28,819 bases of DNA from a virus. Taxonomy: Duplodnaviria > Caudoviricetes. Under the pieces are notes generated by a model that saw only the letters and a program-made list of their open reading frames with translations, made no database searches and was not told where the DNA came from. The DNA is taken from positions 1 to 28,819 of the IMG/VR virus record IMGVR_UViG_3300033076_000194, one strand, 5' to 3'. Positions 25,801 through 28,819 of the stretch are shown here, one piece after another (position 1 is the first letter of the stretch; every line of letters begins with the position of its first letter). Position numbers and translations under genes: made by a program.

Positions 25801-26019
25801 TAGGATACTCTCTAGACCCGTACGTCCTGAGGACAGTACTTGTTTGGCACCACGGACTAACTCACTGCCAATCGTGGACTGTTTTGGAGCTTCTGGAGCC
25901 GCAGGGACTTCTGCGGATTGAACCTGCTGAATGTACTGAGCCAGCCGTCTGGCCCCATCCGTATCTCCCGCAGCGTCTGCGTTGCGAAGTGCTTGGTAAA
26001 GGGCGTTCAGATCGGCCAT
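19795..26019 (-). CDS. Giant internal virion / polyvalent-type protein with zincin metallopeptidase and LPD38-like C-terminal domain
   Basis: 2074 aa; TAAGGA RBS; Gly/Ala-rich hydrophobic N-region; Pro/Ala/Glu/Lys linker; SHELGHAIE...FDEWFAD; C-terminal INFRRRG, IPFFNAYIQG, KIPVPGELG, NKSFLTGR, SPIMIDNALRGYFG. Confidence 0.85.
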   Translation of the reverse strand: MADLNALYQALRNADAAGDTDGARRLAQYIQQVQSAEVPAAPEAPKQSTIGSELVRGAKQVLSSGRTGLESILSPEEAAKAGVARGEAIGKEAGEGPSFEAVKKAYEDKGLLSAAGEAVSQIPRALAGQGANLASMAGGARLGAMAGSAIAPGVGTLVGGALGAGATLLPQFMGSNVERQAAEQMEKGEPVKIDRTKAYGAAALQAGLEGAGTAFTLGKRVVKGVLGVAEDAALVTAKSQAELVKAAERSLAGTLTRGAARGTTEMPVEVAQQILERAQAGLDLTSPDAIKEYGESAYQALLIGAPLGAAGNVMERGGARNKLAEQQLTAQREEQARIAARGPQVAPEAPQGTQGALFSEAEMGERVPTPKEEPVTQPTTTTPQGEQLDLGLDFQREYADMVKEREALKQQPQTPEVKARIKDLNDQLLSLHENEVESIRAEKAQEAEARAKFPGLAETAPIIPRTQMDLFGEEQAPTPAAQPTTEEIAEPTKREPKGGYQYKLPLRTVPEGKEAKRDLTIPARPNEITMQDLEDIGVPLRTSKKWLEENVVGKTPAEIQVLVANNPNLILTKGARAEILKYLTAPVPEGFKEAPRVEKTTKTNKPEPRVEPRGGKPSVGVSGQPAGANVVQPGAGVPTTTGAPATPVGLGLAPAGQPAGKGAKPATAAKPTLNAPVTPTTAPSPAAPAAPVEKPAVAAKPTPKAAPAKEPKAPTPAVATETVEEEAARKREAEEMRRAMEAAPAKPAPKGVAPTTETKAEKAEPKELPEKLREPVGTSEFGMEEGEKEILRGPQGMLFPMSKREEIEYAERKKRGEPETAEEPTKAQMVPRDARQGRLDLQERKEAPAPKAAEISKWAVDYTAPGFTPVYGDENIALYRAINVFGNQVYIGVNKARNGRYTNQDIESYTGKDFTPEQRETLLAARSKAVFDESKRASKYPDGPFTGAKTNVVKSDSVDQRYADYLRDLMSSMGLGDVRIFLLHPEDMRQPGAQDKYRLYKSFETAQTAGFTVGEEGSAQNMGPYKRDFYISFKSGMSENKSLEVISHELGHAIEAIAYKNAPQETKNAIRAEYEKWLESTKGKTGRELVQMLRNRETADTQMMSVEEGKTAEQMRSYWKGFDEWFADNVSRWASTAEKPVSIVEKFFSNVAQMMRDLVALVTGRKYPPNKKVAEFLDAMGPGSADLWVSGQDNPAQPSMKSSFSVSYTTESLIDSMGPLDAVQKNGLQKLITGVQANPDIDYVTKARTQVADIAATIEQRLRTKFDGAVRDSMGKLNPMGLYRQAQDYSKMLLEYFQNGTLYKDPVTGLWKSEVGKGVRAPAEIYAALDKYAEKNGYSRERATQIASRVLEGVRLNEMRASNKTGATSFALHLNDAQIDQLMAEYNADPDLQAMSKLMDEARIAMVDNLIKVGRLSPEQGAEWKAVVGYVPFDRIEDFATNFNKAKKISGKGLAQLGKLPELIGSEVRPVGNVFDNYINTLGWMVGQTLKTDATVKTLRSLEDLGFAKYLGRSALSKPNAVGAYVNGEMYYWNLPSKYDVMAFKDLNPPKAGWLRNMGAFSNVLRKTVTVLPPFALKQVTDDVQRAILTSGVKNPGALIRMSLTNFPKLAYAELRGIQHPDVKDFGRLGLTGEYDFEAGKPATSLLKDLGYKKRGKFETILHRLDGITRASDLAVRKAIYDQTIKETGDELLAQTRAREFINFRRRGASDFVGAMVTTIPFFNAYIQGMDVLYRAASGKDSSASVDRAQARQMFWSRAATVMMLSSLYALGKDDEDKDYQEMDLRTRDGNWILPGGYKIPVPGELGAIFKVIPERIVEYMKRQGTPEEQTAWEATRTTLAYMYEQYLGRAVPVPQAIKPVIEAWANKSFLTGRDLEGYHHKAMDPSARVTEQTSELAKAIAVFSRDQIGVEVSPIMIDNALRGYFGSSAAMATMVTDSLLNPTRVDRPLHKYALLSNYLYDPVGTRRVTEFYEEREKVGKANTTLNDLMKTDINRAEQYAKDHADELMLESAINSTLNELERTRAYRKFLNSPDGAESLSREEREAQLNEIKQMEVELVKWVRDAKNEIRKNQ

Positions 26020-26029
26020 TGCTTAGTCC

Positions 26030-27610
26030 TTATTTGCCCCCGTATTTTTTCAGGAGCGCGTTAATATCAGCAGGGGTTCCGCCGGGGCTTGCTGCGCCGG
26101 GGGCTGGCTCCATTGTAAGACCAAACTGTGCATACTTGGAAGCCTGAATTGCACGCAACTTAGACAACAATGGCGCTGCCTTGGCTGGATTCATGGAATA
26201 CAGTGGGCTTTCCAACATTTTCTTGATGGCTGCAGCTTCTGGGTCACGGGCAAACGCCGCTTCCGCTTGCTGTGTAGCCTTCATGTCAGCATTGCCCCCC
26301 GCAACATCTGCACGAATGTTTGCAACAGCCAGTGCGTTGGCACGGTTAAGTCTGCCTTCCGCTGCTTGGTGGGCCAGCTTTTTAGCTTCGCGGTCGTCCA
26401 GACCTTGTTCCTTAGCGGCATCAAACGCATTCTTATATGCGTCGTCGTACTCTTTCTCGCCAAATGCAAGGACTTCTTTTTTGTAGCCACGTTTGGTATC
26501 TGCAACTTTGGTGGATTCGCCCATGATTTCCTTGAGCAAATCAAACTTTTTTTGCTCGTTAGCCAAGCGTTCAGCTTCAATCATGCCAGAAGCGTTAGCA
26601 CCCGTCTGCAGTGATGTGCGACCACCAGCCGTAGCCAACTTACGAGCGTAGTCACCGATCCGTCCATACAAGTCTTTTTCAGTGTCCATACCGCCAACCC
26701 TACCTTGCAAAGCCTTAATGTAGGCTTCTTGGGCAGCCGTATCAGGACCGCCAACTTGCTCGGCATAACGCTTCAAGGCTTCCTCACGACGTTGCGCAGG
26801 GGTCTGTGCATATTGTGCCGCCAAGAACTTATTGCGGTCAGATTCTGCTGGCGTAGCAATTCCAGCAGGGGCGGATGTTGGGGCCGAAGGCGTGGCAACT
26901 TGTTGTTTTTGCTTAGCTAATTGTGCCAAATCGCGTGCAGGGGCAGCGGGCGCAGTCTCTGCGGGAGCACTCGCCATCTCTGAAGCCGCAATTTTGAGCA
27001 TGCGTGGATCATTAGCCATTGTTGGGCGCAGGTTCTCTCCTTCTGCCCGAGCCAATCGCATATTGCGTTCACGCTCGGCTTCCAAAGCCTCAGCAGCTTT
27101 TTGCTTTGCTGCACGTAGTGGGCGCGCCCACAGTGGGGTATCGTCCTCAACCACATCGCCTTCCGCAAACGCAACGATACCGCCGCCTGCGTATTCTTGG
27201 CCCAGATTACTCTGCAATTCTTCAATGCTGCCTTGGCGCTCTGGCTGTGGTGGACGCTCTGGGGTTTGTGTGGGCGCAGTTTGACCCAGCAGGGCTTGCA
27301 AGCCTTTCTGCTGTTGCTGTTGTTGCACGGCTAATTGTTTAGCTTTTTGCAAAGCCAGTTGTTGTAGCGATTCCGCAACAGTTGGGGGTTTACCCGTAGG
27401 CGCTTGCTGCTGCATACCTTGCAGGGCGGCCATGGCTTGCTGACGCTTAACAGCATCTTGTTCGTTTACATCAATCTGCAAGGCAAGAAGTTTAGCCAAG
27501 TCAGGCGGCATCCCGGGTTTCGCCTGTTGTTCTTCTTTGATGCGGGCGTCTAATGCACCGGGGTTGCCACGGTACAGAGCGGCGATGCCTTGAGGGGATC
27601 CGTATGACAT
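26030..27610 (-). CDS. Putative internal virion/ejection protein
   Basis: 526 aa, Ala/Gln-rich and helical; YAGGGIVAFAEG motif; TAAGGA RBS; lies between virion-type genes. Confidence 0.7.
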   Translation of the reverse strand: MSYGSPQGIAALYRGNPGALDARIKEEQQAKPGMPPDLAKLLALQIDVNEQDAVKRQQAMAALQGMQQQAPTGKPPTVAESLQQLALQKAKQLAVQQQQQQKGLQALLGQTAPTQTPERPPQPERQGSIEELQSNLGQEYAGGGIVAFAEGDVVEDDTPLWARPLRAAKQKAAEALEAERERNMRLARAEGENLRPTMANDPRMLKIAASEMASAPAETAPAAPARDLAQLAKQKQQVATPSAPTSAPAGIATPAESDRNKFLAAQYAQTPAQRREEALKRYAEQVGGPDTAAQEAYIKALQGRVGGMDTEKDLYGRIGDYARKLATAGGRTSLQTGANASGMIEAERLANEQKKFDLLKEIMGESTKVADTKRGYKKEVLAFGEKEYDDAYKNAFDAAKEQGLDDREAKKLAHQAAEGRLNRANALAVANIRADVAGGNADMKATQQAEAAFARDPEAAAIKKMLESPLYSMNPAKAAPLLSKLRAIQASKYAQFGLTMEPAPGAASPGGTPADINALLKKYGGK

Positions 27611-27619
27611 GTTAAATCC

Positions 27620-28819
27620 TTAAACTTTTTTGGCTGCGGTATTACCCAACAGAACATTTAATAAGTCGTTAGCTGTCGCAACGCCAGAACCGATGTTTGA
27701 CAAAGTGCTAGGCTGAGTCATGTTGTAGCTCTGAGCCGCCAGTGGCAGACCTTGCAGTAATGACTGCTGGAACTGAACCATCTTATAAGGGTTTGCCCTA
27801 GCCTCTTCAAACTGCGCCTTGTCTGCGGCGATACCCTCAGATTCGATACCGCGTTGTGCGGCACCAGCGTCAAGTTGAGTTTTAAGATTAGCCAAGCCAG
27901 TCTGCGCTTCAGTTGCCCCAAGGTTGCCTTGAGTTTGCGCGCCAGTCAGACCAGTTTTCAATGCGTCCAAACCATATGTAGCACCGAACTGAGCCTCTTG
28001 TGCCTTGCGTGCTTGGTCAGCGTTAAATTGCGCCATTGCCTTATCGTATGCAGTGCTGTAACCTGTGCCAGTGATGTTGGCCAAGTTAGCACCCAATGCG
28101 CGCTGTGTTTCAGCATCAAGGATAGCCTGACGGCCACCACCGAAAGCGCCAGCTTGCGTCATCTTTGCAGCGTTCTGCTGCTGGGTAATCTGTGACTGAC
28201 GGCGAGCTTCTGCCAACTGTGGTTCAAGCGCAGTCTGAATATAAGGATTCATGTACTGCTGAGCTTGTGTAGCATCAAACGTAGTGGTAGTTGGAGAATA
28301 GCTCAAACCTTTTGCTGTCGTGGCGATATCACCAGCGGTAGTTGCCGCTTGGTTAATGGATGTCGGCGTTGTTAAGCCAGCCGCAGTTTGAAATGCGCCA
28401 GTTTGCAGTGGTGATTCACCAGCGGTCAGCGGACCCATATATGCCTGATATGGCAAGTTAGCCAGAGCTTGGCCTTGACCCAACATGTTAGTGACGTATG
28501 GACCTGCCCAGTTGGAAAGGTTAGATTCAACACCAGATACGCCCGCGTTAACAGCAGTGCCGACACCCGAAGTGCCAGTCGATCCACCTGTCAAGAAGTG
28601 TTTTACAGACCCGCCTTTGGCGTATTTAGAGTTAGCCAGACCACCGGGCATAAACTTGTCGGGGTTGATTTTCTTGCCTTGTTTCTTAGTGCCAGTGCGT
28701 GCCATACGAATCTTGTCCATCATTTGATAAAGCTTTTTAGCTCCGGCATCAGAGTTGCCGTTACCCATATGAGACACGACATCCGCAGGAATAACAAACT
28801 CGCCATGGCTAAGCGCAGC
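27620..28819 (-). CDS. Putative DNA-transfer/pilot virion protein, 5'-truncated by the window edge
   Basis: Frame is open to the window end (AALSHGEFVIPADVVSHMGNG...); PYQAYMGP, QYMNPY and AGAFGGGRQA in a Gln/Ala/Gly/Thr-rich body. Confidence 0.75.
   Translation of the reverse strand, partial: AALSHGEFVIPADVVSHMGNGNSDAGAKKLYQMMDKIRMARTGTKKQGKKINPDKFMPGGLANSKYAKGGSVKHFLTGGSTGTSGVGTAVNAGVSGVESNLSNWAGPYVTNMLGQGQALANLPYQAYMGPLTAGESPLQTGAFQTAAGLTTPTSINQAATTAGDIATTAKGLSYSPTTTTFDATQAQQYMNPYIQTALEPQLAEARRQSQITQQQNAAKMTQAGAFGGGRQAILDAETQRALGANLANITGTGYSTAYDKAMAQFNADQARKAQEAQFGATYGLDALKTGLTGAQTQGNLGATEAQTGLANLKTQLDAGAAQRGIESEGIAADKAQFEEARANPYKMVQFQQSLLQGLPLAAQSYNMTQPSTLSNIGSGVATANDLLNVLLGNTAAKKV

Larger units (their letters stand above)
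1..28819. mobile_element. Fragment of a tailed dsDNA bacteriophage genome (early + replication genes on +, virion/ejection genes on -)
   Basis: Phage-type PolA, SNF2 helicase, VRR-NUC, DUF3310, primase-helicase and a giant virion-type protein; very dense overlapping small ORFs; no bacterial core genes, integrase or att site seen. Confidence 0.96.

Noticed and set aside
19795-26019. Virion RNA polymerase identity for the giant protein
   Set aside because: No single-subunit or double-psi-barrel RNAP catalytic motifs recognised; the motifs seen fit zincin and LPD38-like domains
27612-27623. TTAA-ATCC-TTAA between virion genes
   Set aside because: 4-nt rather than 2-nt centre; explained by stop codon plus AAGGA RBS on the - strand

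Overview
The whole window is part of a tailed dsDNA bacteriophage genome; it contains no bacterial housekeeping genes, integrase or att site. It has two convergent blocks. On the + strand (1-19801), a dense early/accessory region (1-9585) holds about 28 mostly small, translationally coupled ORFs, including a vWA-metallopeptidase, a DUF3150-like protein, a glutaredoxin, a DUF3310 protein, a VRR-NUC nuclease and three tandem paralogues. A replication module follows: family A DNA polymerase, Cas4-like exonuclease, HNH protein, SNF2 helicase, putative SSB, Cro-like HTH and primase-DUF927 helicase. On the - strand (19795-28819) are three probable internal-virion/ejection genes, including a 2074-aa polyvalent-type protein with a zincin HExxH domain and an LPD38-like C-terminus. 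The layout suggests a podovirus-like phage of a proteobacterium (inference). The most notable unexplained signals are: (1) five copies of an 18-bp palindrome, AGTCTTAA-SS-TTAAGACT, confined to the early region at 1.5-2.1 kb spacing; (2) a 60-nt structured RNA behind a perfect sigma70 promoter, with a tRNA-Ala/tmRNA-like acceptor end and a sarcin-ricin/loop E motif; (3) a candidate anti-RBS small RNA; and (4) possible mimicry of host replisome hubs, through beta-clamp-like motifs in a microprotein and in the giant virion protein, and an SSB-tail-like peptide. All family calls come from motif recognition by eye; no searches were run.
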